A model generated the notes under the pieces. That model worked only from the letters and a program-made list of their open reading frames with translations. It was not told where the DNA came from and did not search any database. The position numbers and the translations under genes were made by a program. Shown in pieces: positions 8,831 through 18,820 of a stretch of DNA of 64,000 bases; position 1 is the stretch's first letter; each line of letters opens with the position of its first letter. This DNA comes from an uncultured delta proteobacterium. GTDB lineage: Bacteria; Desulfobacterota; BSN033; UBA1163. The stretch spans positions 64,001-128,000 of the forward strand of contig CAVPSJ010000014.1 of the NCBI GenBank assembly GCA_963708295.1, written 5' to 3'.

Positions 8831-10684
8831 TTATTTACCCTTTGCCCTCTTGACGATCAACACGATCCCTGTTGTTCCATCCACTTTAATGATATCGCCT
8901 GTCTTTATCACAGAGGTCGCAACTCCAGTCCCAGTTACAGAAGGCAAGCCATACTCCCTCGAAACAATGGCCGCATGGGATGTCAGTCCTCCTATATCCG
9001 TTACGGCTGCCTTGATCTTTGTAAAGACCGGCGCCCAGGATGGGTTTGTCGTGGGGGCAACCATAATCTCGCCCTCCTTTAGTGTAACAATATCTTCAAG
9101 GAGTTTGAGGACCCTTGCAGGACCTTCAGCCACTCCCGCGGATGAAGCAAACCCTTTGATTTCTGTCACATCTTTTTCAGCTCCCGTGCCTTTTATCCAT
9201 TCATCAATTTGAGCACTGGTGACACCCCAGAGCATGATGGTAAAGGGTTCGACGATCTCTTCCGGAGGGATCCCGAGCGCGGGCGGAGCCATCCATTTTC
9301 TCGCTGCGTCAAGTATCTTTTCTCTCTTCTCCGCTTTCTCCATCCAGAATTTGCTTCTTGACGGTACCCCTTCTCCCAATGCCCATGTGGTGACTAAATC
9401 TTCAAGCAGCATCGGGACTTCAAATCTATTGAAAAGAAAGATATCGTCTACCTTTTTCAATATTTTGTTATCGGCGAGCAGCTTTCCAAACTCTCTTACC
9501 TTTTTAAACCATATCGTATGCAGCCAGTGCTCAACCCAGAAAATGTGGTCTTCCGCATACCGGTATATTGTCCTTACAATACCAAACGCATCGTCAAAGG
9601 ATTTTCTATCGTCTTCCGACTTGATCAGCTTCCGATACTCCTCAACAATCCTTTCTCTCTCTTCAGAAATTGCTGTAAGGGACCTCTCTATCGTTTCCCC
9701 CTTTTCAAGTCTTTGAACATAACTCTGCATATAGGTGAAAGGCACATTCATCTTGTTTACCCAGCTTCCTTCATAATGGAACCATCCACTTCCGCAGGAT
9801 ACAGAAAACCATGGGTCTTTCACTCTCTCTAACTCCTCAAGCCATTTCCTGCCCCCTTCTGTGCTCTTCAACTCCTTGATCTTCTCCTCAGCAGGTATAT
9901 CCTTTTTAAGGGTATTGGCAACAGGCCGCTCTGCTATAGCCAATCTACTTAACCTGCAAAGCTCTTCTTCAGGACGGAACATGGCCACATCTGCGCCTGC
10001 AACCATCTTACCAATGGTACTCTCTTTTATACCTGGAAACAGCTTTCTCGCAGCATCCGCAAACATAAGATAGGCAGCGTAAGCCAAATTCAGATACTCA
10101 AAGTGCCATTGCCATGATTTAAATATCATGTTGATTAAAATATTAAACGATGCTATCACATCGTATGATTGAGTATATCCTTTCACCAATGGAATCACTT
10201 CATCATCGGGTACGTACTTTACTAATTCTTTCACAACCTCAAGCGATTCCATCTCCTTCCCAAGTGCCTGGAACTTTTGCAACCATTTTCCCCACAGCAT
10301 ATCATAGTTTTGAAAAACATAGGGTACCCTTTTCCCAAACAGTGCGGCCTTCTCTCCAATCGTCGCCTGTGATGGCGGCTCAACAGGCGTGATATACATA
10401 TAGCAGCCCAACACTCTCTGTGCGATTCCCTGTGCAGGGGGGATACAGAATACCCTCGTATTATTCTGTGAAAGCGCTATCTGCCAGGCCTCCTGGAAGA
10501 TATCATCTAACGGATACAGAGGTTCAGGGGCATGGATCTTATCCGCAAACCAGATGTGATTGTTGTCCCACTCCTCTCTGTCCTTGCTGAATAGACGCTG
10601 GGGCGCATACATCTCTTCCCAACCCTCTAATTCCCGCGGCAATTTTACTTCCGATGCGAATGGAAATCTCCTTTCCGTTGCCAT
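8831..10684 (-). CDS. ppsA: Phenylphosphate synthase alpha subunit-like (substrate domain plus C-terminal phospho-His swivel domain)
   Basis: EGWEEMY, HAPEPLYP, WHFEYLNLAYAAY, EHWLH, EPFTIMLWGVT, GGLTSHAAIVSREYG match the PpsA family. Confidence 0.85.
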   Translation of the reverse strand: MATERRFPFASEVKLPRELEGWEEMYAPQRLFSKDREEWDNNHIWFADKIHAPEPLYPLDDIFQEAWQIALSQNNTRVFCIPPAQGIAQRVLGCYMYITPVEPPSQATIGEKAALFGKRVPYVFQNYDMLWGKWLQKFQALGKEMESLEVVKELVKYVPDDEVIPLVKGYTQSYDVIASFNILINMIFKSWQWHFEYLNLAYAAYLMFADAARKLFPGIKESTIGKMVAGADVAMFRPEEELCRLSRLAIAERPVANTLKKDIPAEEKIKELKSTEGGRKWLEELERVKDPWFSVSCGSGWFHYEGSWVNKMNVPFTYMQSYVQRLEKGETIERSLTAISEERERIVEEYRKLIKSEDDRKSFDDAFGIVRTIYRYAEDHIFWVEHWLHTIWFKKVREFGKLLADNKILKKVDDIFLFNRFEVPMLLEDLVTTWALGEGVPSRSKFWMEKAEKREKILDAARKWMAPPALGIPPEEIVEPFTIMLWGVTSAQIDEWIKGTGAEKDVTEIKGFASSAGVAEGPARVLKLLEDIVTLKEGEIMVAPTTNPSWAPVFTKIKAAVTDIGGLTSHAAIVSREYGLPSVTGTGVATSVIKTGDIIKVDGTTGIVLIVKRAKGK

Positions 10685-11279
10685 AAGAACCCCCTTTCTC
10701 TTCAAGTATTTTTTCAAACTGAGCGGTTAGAGTCTTCAACTTCCAGTCTTAAATCATCATCGCCTCTCTTCAAATCATTTCTTGGCTTTCGTACTCCACT
10801 CGTATTGCTCAAGGGAGGAAACACGTCTCTTTCCTTAAATGTTCCTCACCGTCGCGGGCACACATCCCTCACGAATCGGTCTCCTTGCGAGAGGACTCGT
10901 TCGGCGATTCGGATATGGGGCCACGGTTTACAGACCGTGACTGCGTGCGAGGAGGGTTACCCCTCGAAGTTCATGAGTAGCGTAGAAAGAATTCTTCGGA
11001 GTGCGCTGGTCTCCGCCCTGGAACCCCGCCTCCCAAGACATGATGTGACGGGCAAGTCTGGAGCGTAGACGACTCTCCAAAGGAAGGGGAGAGGAGCCGT
11101 GGGCCTTAGCCCATCGAGCTCTACAAATCATTTCTCAGGGTTTCGAAGGCCTTAACTTCGGATGCTCACTCAGCCTCTGAATATTCGTTCTGTTCGAAGC
11201 CGTAAGGTGTAATTTAAATTAATGCCCGAACAAGTCAATTCATTTCTTTTTATGAAGTATCAGAAAAAGTTATGAGATC

Positions 11280-11979
11280 TCACGTCTTCGTAGACATTGT
11301 GGCTTCTCCCGTGAGAGAGGCGAGAAGTTCATTAAAATGGTAGATCAGTCGATCGGGTCCTGCAGAGAGAAGCTCTGCTTTTAAATTCTCTTCACCCATG
11401 ATGATGATCACTTTTACACCTGTGGCCTTTGCAGCCCGAATGTCATCCAAGCTATCCCCCACGTAAAGGGCCTTGTCTTTAATCACCTGAAGTCGGCTCA
11501 AGGCCAGACGTAGGCCTTCTCCGCTTGGCTTCATGAATTGGACATCATTTCGACTGACCACGACATTAAAAAACGGATGGAGATCCAGTTTCAGAAGGGC
11601 CTTCTCCAATGCCTTTCTTCCGACATTGCTGACCAGGCCGATTTTAATTCCCTTCGTTTTCAAGGCGGACAAGAAATTCCTCGGATCCGCTCCGGAGGTT
11701 CCAGCGCCTGAAGGCATCCTCATCGAACCGATCATAGACGGCCCCAATCTTTTCTCTCACCGTCTCAGCGGATTGTCCGATTTCTTGAGCCATCCGTATC
11801 GCTTCCAGCATTAACGTGGAATACTTCATCCCTTGAAATCGTTGGACTGGAAAACGAAGAGTGTTCAGCATCTCAAGGGCCTCTTTCACGGCCCCCTGGA
11901 GATCCCATTGGAGATCGACCAGTGTTCCTTCAAAATCGAAGAGAACGGCCTCTACATCTTTGAGAAGGATTTTGTCCAT
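11280..11979 (-). CDS. HAD-IA (Gph-like) phosphatase; one frameshift near 11695
   Basis: LFDFEGTLVD (motif I) in 11644-11979; VSN, KPS, VGDSLDD in 11280-11747. Confidence 0.8.
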
Positions 11980-12078
11980 TCCTAAGACATTTAGCAGGAG
12001 TGGGAAACTTTTTCAAATGTTTTCTATTGAATTTTCTTCGGAGGGGAGATATTCTTTTTAAAGGAGGGCTGAAAAAAC

Positions 12079-12705
12079 ATGTCACAGGTCATCGTTGCGC
12101 AGAATGTGGATGGAATTGTAATGGCATGCGAAAATCGGGCGATCCAGCTGGACGAAAAAGGAAATGAAATCTCACTGCAGATCAATCGTCTACTCCCCTT
12201 GACCCCCCATTGCGCCCTTATGATTTCAGGGTCGGCGGAGGGGAGGGATATGGGGAGCGCCTTGAAGAATTTTGTTCTGGGCGAGAAGCTGAACGATGTG
12301 CAGGAGGTTTACGGAACCGCCATCGCCTATCTTTCGACGGAGTACGAGCGGTTTATGCGAAAGAAGTGTGAACTCTTGCCCATCGATCCCATCCATCAGG
12401 TGTCCTTTATCCTGGCTGGAAAGACCGAGAAAGATCAGGGGATGCCGTTTCGTCTCTACTACCTTTGGACCAAAAAGAAACTCCCCCAGATCGACGGGGA
12501 CGAAATCTCGCGCGCTTTCTCCCTACCAAGAAGGATGGGTCTGGAGTTTCAGCTGAATAAGATGTGCAAAGAGAATGCCCCGCTGAAAGAAATCTTGAAA
12601 AAGATGACTGATGGAATGGAGCATCTGAAGAATAAGGGCGAGGTGAGCGGTCCCTTCTCTTTTGGTATGATCACCCGGGAAGGATATCAATCGCTCAATC
12701 CCTGA
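12079..12705 (+). CDS. Hypothetical protein with Ntn-hydrolase/proteasome-beta-like N-terminus
   Basis: AGGAGG RBS; MSQVIVAQNVDGIVMACENRA and ...SFILAG pattern. Confidence 0.6.
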   Translation: MSQVIVAQNVDGIVMACENRAIQLDEKGNEISLQINRLLPLTPHCALMISGSAEGRDMGSALKNFVLGEKLNDVQEVYGTAIAYLSTEYERFMRKKCELLPIDPIHQVSFILAGKTEKDQGMPFRLYYLWTKKKLPQIDGDEISRAFSLPRRMGLEFQLNKMCKENAPLKEILKKMTDGMEHLKNKGEVSGPFSFGMITREGYQSLNP

Positions 12706-13447
12706 AGGAAACTCTTCACATTTCTACCGAGCACAGAATGGTTGTAGCCTCCTTCGAGAACGCCGAATCGTCTTCCCTGGCAGTGTTCGAGCGAGGCCTC
12801 TTTTGCCGATTTTCCAATGGTGAAGTAGTCTTCGGTCTTAAGAAGTCCTCCCCAGTCCTCTTCGTGGCGGTCAAATCCTGCCGAGATGGCAACAATGATC
12901 GTAAGGCCTCTCGGTTTGGAAGACATCTCTGTACCTGTTCGTAAGAATTCCTCACGGCGCGTTCCTTCGGGATGGAAATAACTGACGGAGGAGAAGCCAT
13001 CGAAGGTATTGGATGTGCCGTCCCCATAATGAAGATCGAAGTCGAGGATGAGGGCACCCTTGATCTTCCCCTCACTGAGGAGTTTCTTGATGGCAATGGC
13101 AATATTGTTGAAGTAGCAGAAATCCCCAGCAGGAATGAGGACTGGCATGGTGTCCTGGAGGCCGGATCAGGCCGAAAGCGGGCTGGCCTTCAAAAGCCAT
13201 TTCCGCTGCCAGAATCGCCCCTCCGGCAGCGAGGAGTCCAATCTCATAAGACCGAGGCTCCTTCTTAACGGATTGGATGTGACTCCTTCCATGGACTCTC
13301 TCCAGATCTCTCTCTGAAGCTGGTTCCGGTTCAACGAATTCAAATTCCTTCTCCAGCATGCTTCACCATCGGCTCCATTCTCCCCGGAGCCGCCGCCGGA
13401 TCGGAGGTGTAGACTTCGTAGAATCGTGGATGAAAGATGACCTTCAT
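12687..13447 (-). CDS. Histone deacetylase-family protein; several frameshifts
   Basis: MKVIFHPRF start at 13447; RPPGHHA, GFCYFNN, DFDLHYGDGT, SAGFD, LEGGY motifs across frames. Confidence 0.85.
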
Positions 13448-13494
13448 TGGTTTTCCTCCTTCAATCCGGTCATATTATCATACTCCTCTCATTG

Positions 13495-13524
13495 TTGACA
13501 ATATCTTTCAGATTGATATACGAT
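13495..13524 (+). promoter_or_regulatory. Putative sigma70 promoter of TA operon
   Basis: TTGACA-N18-TACGAT upstream of GGAGG RBS. Confidence 0.4.
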
Positions 13525-13557
13525 ATATACAAAATATACAATGTTGGAGGTGAGTCG

Positions 13558-13806
13558 ATGACAACTCAGATGATTATCAGAATAGACCCTGAAGTTAAGG
13601 TCAAGCTCAGTAAGCTTGCCAGGATGGAAGGGAAGACAACGAGCCAGATGGTGAGGGAACTGATAGAAGACTATACCAGAGAAAGGGATATTGGTACCTA
13701 TATTGATGACCTTTGGGATAGAATTGGAGGGAAATTGAGATCCAAAGGGGTAAGACAAAGAGATATCGATAAGGCCATCAAAGAGGTAAGAAGAAGCCGA
13801 GGATGA
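13558..13806 (+). CDS. Ribbon-helix-helix (CopG-like) antitoxin
   Basis: MTTQMIIRIDPEVKVKLSKLARMEGKTTSQMVRELIEDY; GGAGG RBS; ATGA overlap with toxin. Confidence 0.8.
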   Translation: MTTQMIIRIDPEVKVKLSKLARMEGKTTSQMVRELIEDYTRERDIGTYIDDLWDRIGGKLRSKGVRQRDIDKAIKEVRRSRG

Positions 13807-14226
13807 AGGTTGTTATCGATACCAATATCTTTGTTTCATCCTTTTTCGGAGGCAACCCCCGGAAGATCATTGACCTCTGGAAAAAGGGGAATATAAGCCT
13901 TTGCCTATCTAAAGATATCCTTGATGAGTATGTAGATGTTCTACAGAGAGTTGGATTAAAGGACGAAAGATGAAATTGAAGAACTTCTCTCTCTTTTTGC
14001 CAAAGGATTCAATATCCTCTTCACTACAAAGACACCAAAGATAAAGGTGGTTAAAGATGATCCTGATGATGACAAATTCATAGAGTGTGCTGTGGCCTTA
14101 AAAGCAGAAATCATCATTACTGGGGATAAGGCATTAATAGCAATGAGTGAGTACATGGGGATTAAGATATTAACCCCCCAGGAGTTCTTAAAGACCTATA
14201 AACCGCATGGAAAGAGTGATCTATGA
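13803..14226 (+). CDS. PIN-domain toxin; frameshift near 13968
   Basis: MKVVIDTNIFVSS ... DDPDDDKFIECA ... IITGDK ... ILTPQEF. Confidence 0.85.
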
Positions 14227-14410
14227 GGGAGTAGGAAATATATTACGTCTAGATGACGGGACAAACGGACGAGTCTATCAGCCAGTAACTTCTTCTGACA
14301 AGTATTTTGAGTTGACGGACAATTTCAGGATAACCCTTCTTGCGGGTTACACCTACAAACACTCAGTAGCAAGTAATTTTGAAGTTGACGATTACCGAAG
14401 GAAACAAACA

Positions 14411-14450
14411 AGAAAGGCAGGACCATTTCTGATCCTGCCCTTTGGTTTTT
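14411..14450. terminator. Intrinsic, possibly bidirectional, terminator
   Basis: GGCAGGA/TCCTGCC stem flanked by A-rich and T-rich tracts between convergent genes. Confidence 0.5.
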
Positions 14451-14481
14451 GACATTCAATATTGGTTTACTTTTTAAGTCC

Positions 14482-14646
14482 CTACGTTTCTACCTGAACC
14501 AAATACAAACTATTGAGATCTGAGTTATAGCCTATAACCTCCCGTACCCAATTAAGGATGGATTCCTTTGTTATTCTTTCTGGGAGTATTCCAATAAGAT
14601 GCTCTTCCCCAGTCTCGTCATGAAAGTAAAATTCATAAGCTACCAT
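14482..14646 (-). CDS. Small hypothetical protein (54 aa)
   Basis: MVAYEFYFHDETGEEHLIGILPERITKESILNWVREVIGYNSDLNSLYLVQVET; GGAGG RBS. Confidence 0.6.
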   Translation of the reverse strand: MVAYEFYFHDETGEEHLIGILPERITKESILNWVREVIGYNSDLNSLYLVQVET

Positions 14647-14789
14647 TTTCTGTCCTCCACCTGTTCTCTCCCCAAAATGAGGATAACCCTCTCAATGGAG
14701 TTTACCAGCCGGAAAGCCCGTCTCTTACCGATTCTCTTTTTGAGCCAGTAATAGAGAGATAAGTTTTTATTAATCAGGAAACTCCTCAT
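14640..14789 (-). CDS. Small basic hypothetical protein (49 aa)
   Basis: MRSFLINKNLSLYYWLKKRIGKRRAFRLV...; AGGTGG RBS; overlaps start of next small ORF. Confidence 0.4.
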   Translation of the reverse strand: MRSFLINKNLSLYYWLKKRIGKRRAFRLVNSIERVILILGREQVEDRKW

Positions 14790-15091
14790 TCTTTTTCACC
14801 ACCTGGATTTTTAAGATAGATTTATTTTTTAAACTTCCTCCACAATCGTGCAAGACCGATTACTCCAGAACCCATAAGGAGGATTACTCTCAGTTTTTCA
14901 CCTTGTCGATACGCTTGACATCAAGTCCGCTCAAAAGATTAGACGTAGGAAAATGGAATTTATTCTGTGAACATCCCACGCACCCCAAGAAGGATATGTA
15001 TTACGATTCGGATTGAAGTAATACTCTCTTGTCCTTTGAATTACTTAACAGATGTTAAAACATTTCAATGTTATTTAATGCAAAAATATAC

Positions 15092-15119
15092 TTGACATTT
15101 GATAAAAATGTAATATAAT
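15092..15119 (+). promoter_or_regulatory. Consensus sigma70 promoter with embedded palindromic operator
   Basis: TTGACA-N16-TATAAT; ACATTT-gataa-AAATGT inverted repeat overlapping -35 and spacer. Confidence 0.7.
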
Positions 15120-15153
15120 GGTCTCAATTTATTTACTCTGCGGAGGGGTAGTG

Positions 15154-15684
15154 ATGGATTTTAAAGAGGTCGCTGTTTTGGGGGATGAGATTGTTTTGCT
15201 TGGTAGAATCGCTGCAAAGGTAGGGTTCAGGATAAAAGATAGCAATTTTGGACTAAACCGGTCGGAGATAGAGATCTGTAGGGTCATTGCAATACTATCG
15301 AGGGAGCTAGGGCGTGATAGGATTCCAATGTCTTTGGTTTTTAGAGTTTTACCAGCTCTCGAGGCGAGCGTCAGCCGAACAATCGGCTCGTTAGAATCCA
15401 AAGGATATATCAAGAAGATTTATGCCAGAGACAAAGGAGAAAAGAAGGGACGGATTTATCTCTCCTTAACGGCCAAAGGGGGAAAAACTTCTGATCTAGT
15501 TTCGAGATATTTTATAACAAAAATCGTCGATATGCTGAAGGAGGTCTTGGAACCAAGACTCCCTAAAAAAGGCGTTAATAAATCCACGCTTTCCGAAGGG
15601 GAAAAGATCTTGAAAGAACTTAGACAAGGTTTGATCGATAATATTTTAAAAACATACAAAAAGCGTAGCAAAGGGCGAAGTTAA
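15154..15684 (+). CDS. MarR-like winged-helix regulator
   Basis: ASVSRTIGSLESKGYI...RIYLSLTAKG; GGAGG RBS before ATG 15154. Confidence 0.7.
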   Translation: MDFKEVAVLGDEIVLLGRIAAKVGFRIKDSNFGLNRSEIEICRVIAILSRELGRDRIPMSLVFRVLPALEASVSRTIGSLESKGYIKKIYARDKGEKKGRIYLSLTAKGGKTSDLVSRYFITKIVDMLKEVLEPRLPKKGVNKSTLSEGEKILKELRQGLIDNILKTYKKRSKGRS

Positions 15685-15720
15685 ATAAAATGTGACCAAG
15701 AAAAAATCAACACACTGATA

Positions 15721-15834
15721 ATGATTAATTTTTAGCTGATTTTATTGCTGGTTTTGGCTTCGGGGTTGGTAGGGTGCCCCTGGTGGTATCATGACGGTGG
15801 CCATGGTGGCGGCCATTACGGGAGGGGAAGATGA
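15721..15834 (+). pseudogene. Small Gly/His-rich lipoprotein-like ORF with in-frame TAG
   Basis: MINF*LILLLVLASGLVG-C-PWWYHDGGHGGGHYGRGR; lipobox LVGC. Confidence 0.35.
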
Positions 15835-15873
15835 GGGAGCAGTTACAATCTATTTAAAAAAGGAGACCCGAAG

Positions 15874-18187
15874 ATGATAAAAATCAGCTACCCTCTTATT
15901 AATTATTTTTAGTTTAATCTATTTTGCTGCGGAGGCACAATCTGCCTCACTAGGCTGGGGGGGTGATCCTACAGACATCCCCATCCCCGGCGACTATGAC
16001 GGAGATGCCAAAACCGATATCGCAGTCTACCGGGCCAGCATCGGCGCCTGGTACATCATTCCCTCTTCCACCGGTGTTGCTTACGGCGTCGGCTGGGGGG
16101 GTGATTCTACAGACATCCCTATCCCCGGCGACTATGACGGAGATGCCAAAACCGATATCGCAGTCTACCGAACCAGCACTGGCGCCTGGTGGGTCACTCC
16201 CTCTTCAGGTGCCCCTGCCTATGGCTATGGCTGGGGTGGACCTGGATTCAAACCCGTTCCCGGAGACTATGATGGAGACAGGAAGACCGACATTGCGATT
16301 TACGATACCACCAGCGGTGCCTGGTGGATCACTCCTTCTTCGGGTATTCCAGCCTATGGAGTCGGTTGGGGTGGCCCTGGATTCAAACCTGTTCCTGGGG
16401 ATTATGATGGGGATGGGAAGACCGATATAGCAATCTACGACACCACAGGGGGGGCCTGGTGGATCACTCCTTCTTCGGGTGCGGCGGCCTATGGCGTGGG
16501 TTGGGGAGGAGACCCAAGTGATAAACCTGTTCCTGGTGATTACGATGGAGATGGGAAGACTGACATCGCTGTCTATCGTACCAGCACAGGTGCCTGGTAT
16601 GTAAAACCCTCTTCGGGTGCGGCGGCCTATGGCGTGGGTTGGGGAGGAGACCCAAGTGATAAACCTGTTCCTGGTGATTACGATGGAGATGGGAAGACTG
16701 ACATCGCTGTCTATCGTACCAGCACAGGTGCCTGGTATGTAAAACCCTCTTCGGGTGCTGCCCCTGATGGAGTAGGCAAAGGGAGTCCCCAATTCAGGGC
16801 GATTGGAGGCGTTTCCATGGGCGCATATGGAGCCATGAATATTGGTTTAGGTCGCCCAGACTTTTTTAACACCATCGCCTCTCTTGGGGGTCCCCTCGAC
16901 ATGGCTTACATGCTAAAATTTATTGAAGTAGATATGCTTGGAAATTACGACAATCCGTCAGCCTACCCCAATCGGGATACTCTGATCGATATGCTCAAGG
17001 ACCTTACTATTAGTTTTGGGAACCCTGTCTATTACAATCCGCTCTCAACCTACTATCCTCCAGGAATTACTGCCCAGAATGCGAGAGTGCCTACAACCCT
17101 TTTCAATTTTAAGGATGGAGATCTTAATCCCAACGGAAGTCGGCCGGTCATCACCTATGAAGACCCTGCCCCAGGCGACTGGGTAGAAGTTTTGTTAGCT
17201 CTGGATTCCAACGGAAATGGAAAGAGGGACTTAGGAGAACCAATCTTAAGACAATTTCAGGAGCCCTTCATAGATACGAATGGAAATGGGATGTTCGATC
17301 CAGGGGAGCCCTTTTCCGATACCGGTCTAGATGGCGTTCGGGGAACGGGAGACTATGGAGAAGGTGATGGGGAGTTCACTTATAATCCCAATCATGACAA
17401 TTTCTTGGCTGAAGATCCATTGACCCGTGCCAATACACTCTCCTTTGGCGACCCTTCAGAATCTTAACCTCTATCTCGATGCAGGTACACAAGATGAATT
17501 TCAGTTTAACATAAATGCTGAAAATTTCGTTGAGACACTGTTCGACCGGAGTCTCGTCTTCAGGGTTGAAAATGGCTTTCCTGAGGACTTTCCCAGTGTC
17601 TCTCACTTCAACGAAAAAAGAGTTTATGTCAGGTACCCAGGAGGACATGTTGGGTTTAATAAGGAAAATATCGGATTAAGTTTCGAACAGGCGAAACAGG
17701 GGATTGAAGAGGCGATCGTGGTCGCCAACCGTTTCACAACTCTCTTTAGTTTTATCTCAGACCATTTTACTGGAGGAGACTTTGGAACCAACCCGCTCGA
17801 ATTGCTTCTGTATCCCAGCAAGATGGAAGTTGCCTACTTTACAAGCTCTTCATTAAATAGAACGATGAAATTTGGGATCTATCTTCCTCCTGGATATTCA
17901 AGAAGCAGAACGAATTATTATCCTGTCCTCTACTTCCTCTTAGGCTACAATATGTCCGTGGATGGCATGACCAATTCTTGGATAAAAGCAGTTCTCGATG
18001 GTTTAATCCTAACCGGTGAGATGCAGAAGATGATTATTGTCATCCCGGACGGGTTAAATTATAAGAATCAAAATGGCAAAAGGGACACTTTTTCGTCAAC
18101 CAGATCGACCAAGAACGAGGAGACAAATTCAAGGACTATTTCTTCGATCTGGTCACGTTTATCGACACCTACTACAAAACGAAATAG
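15874..18187 (+). CDS. Secreted FG-GAP/VCBS-repeat protein fused to a circularly permuted alpha/beta-hydrolase (esterase) domain; frameshifts near 15880, 17448, 18080
   Basis: AGGAG RBS; signal peptide MIK(K)SATLLLIIFSLIYFAAEAQSA; six PGDYDGDxKTDIA repeats; GVSMG; DAGTQD; YPGGH; YLPPGY..YPVLYFL. Confidence 0.8.
16472..16758 (+). repeat. Perfect 138-bp tandem duplication (one 46-aa FG-GAP repeat)
   Basis: CTTCGGGTGC recurs at 16473, 16611 and 16749 with identical intervening units. Confidence 0.9.
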
Positions 18188-18820
18188 ACCTCCGGACCCT
18201 TTTCAACGATCTAGAGTGGTTTTGAGAGCTTATGATAATAGTCGAGACTCGGCATCAAAAATGCGGATAAAATGGTGTTGAGGAAGAAGTTTAAGAAGTG
18301 AATTTGCCGTAGTTCTATGAGGTAATGTATGATATTTGATATCTTCTTTAACCTCGTGACCTCTGTGGTTGCTATTTATTTATGGGTAATGTGACAGAGA
18401 AGGATGTAAACTAATATTAAATCGTCGAAGAGCAAAGGCAGGGTCAGAGACCGCTCTACCTTTTTTCTCTAAAGGTTTCCCTATCCTCGCTTTCTATTCG
18501 CAATCGTCAACTTGCAAGATTGGAAAATAATATTAACTTGCTGAGATGTTATATTGGGTGTAGATAATTCCTCAGGTCTATTATTGTGACCATTCATAAT
18601 TGAGGATTTCCACCTGAAACATTGAATGGATAAGGTCCATACGGATTTGAGGAGTACAGGAAGAACTAAATGACATTTCCTTTTCGAGATTTTTGGAGCG
18701 GGGCGATAGTAAAATTTGGCGAGTATACCTACAAGTCATTACGGGCAACCATATTCAGGGATCGAAGGTTACGCTTTGAAAGAGAGGATGAGTGCCATCG
18801 CCACTTCAGCCTGCTTCTTA

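Noticed and set aside
10921-10940. tRNA-Tyr-like anticodon arm (CACGG-TCTGTAAA-CCGTG, minus strand)
   Set aside because: 8-nt loop; no D arm, T arm (GTTCRA) or acceptor stem.
15953-16758. Regularly spaced repeats as a possible CRISPR array
   Set aside because: Repeats are in-frame coding units of 135-138 bp with no unique spacers and no cas genes.
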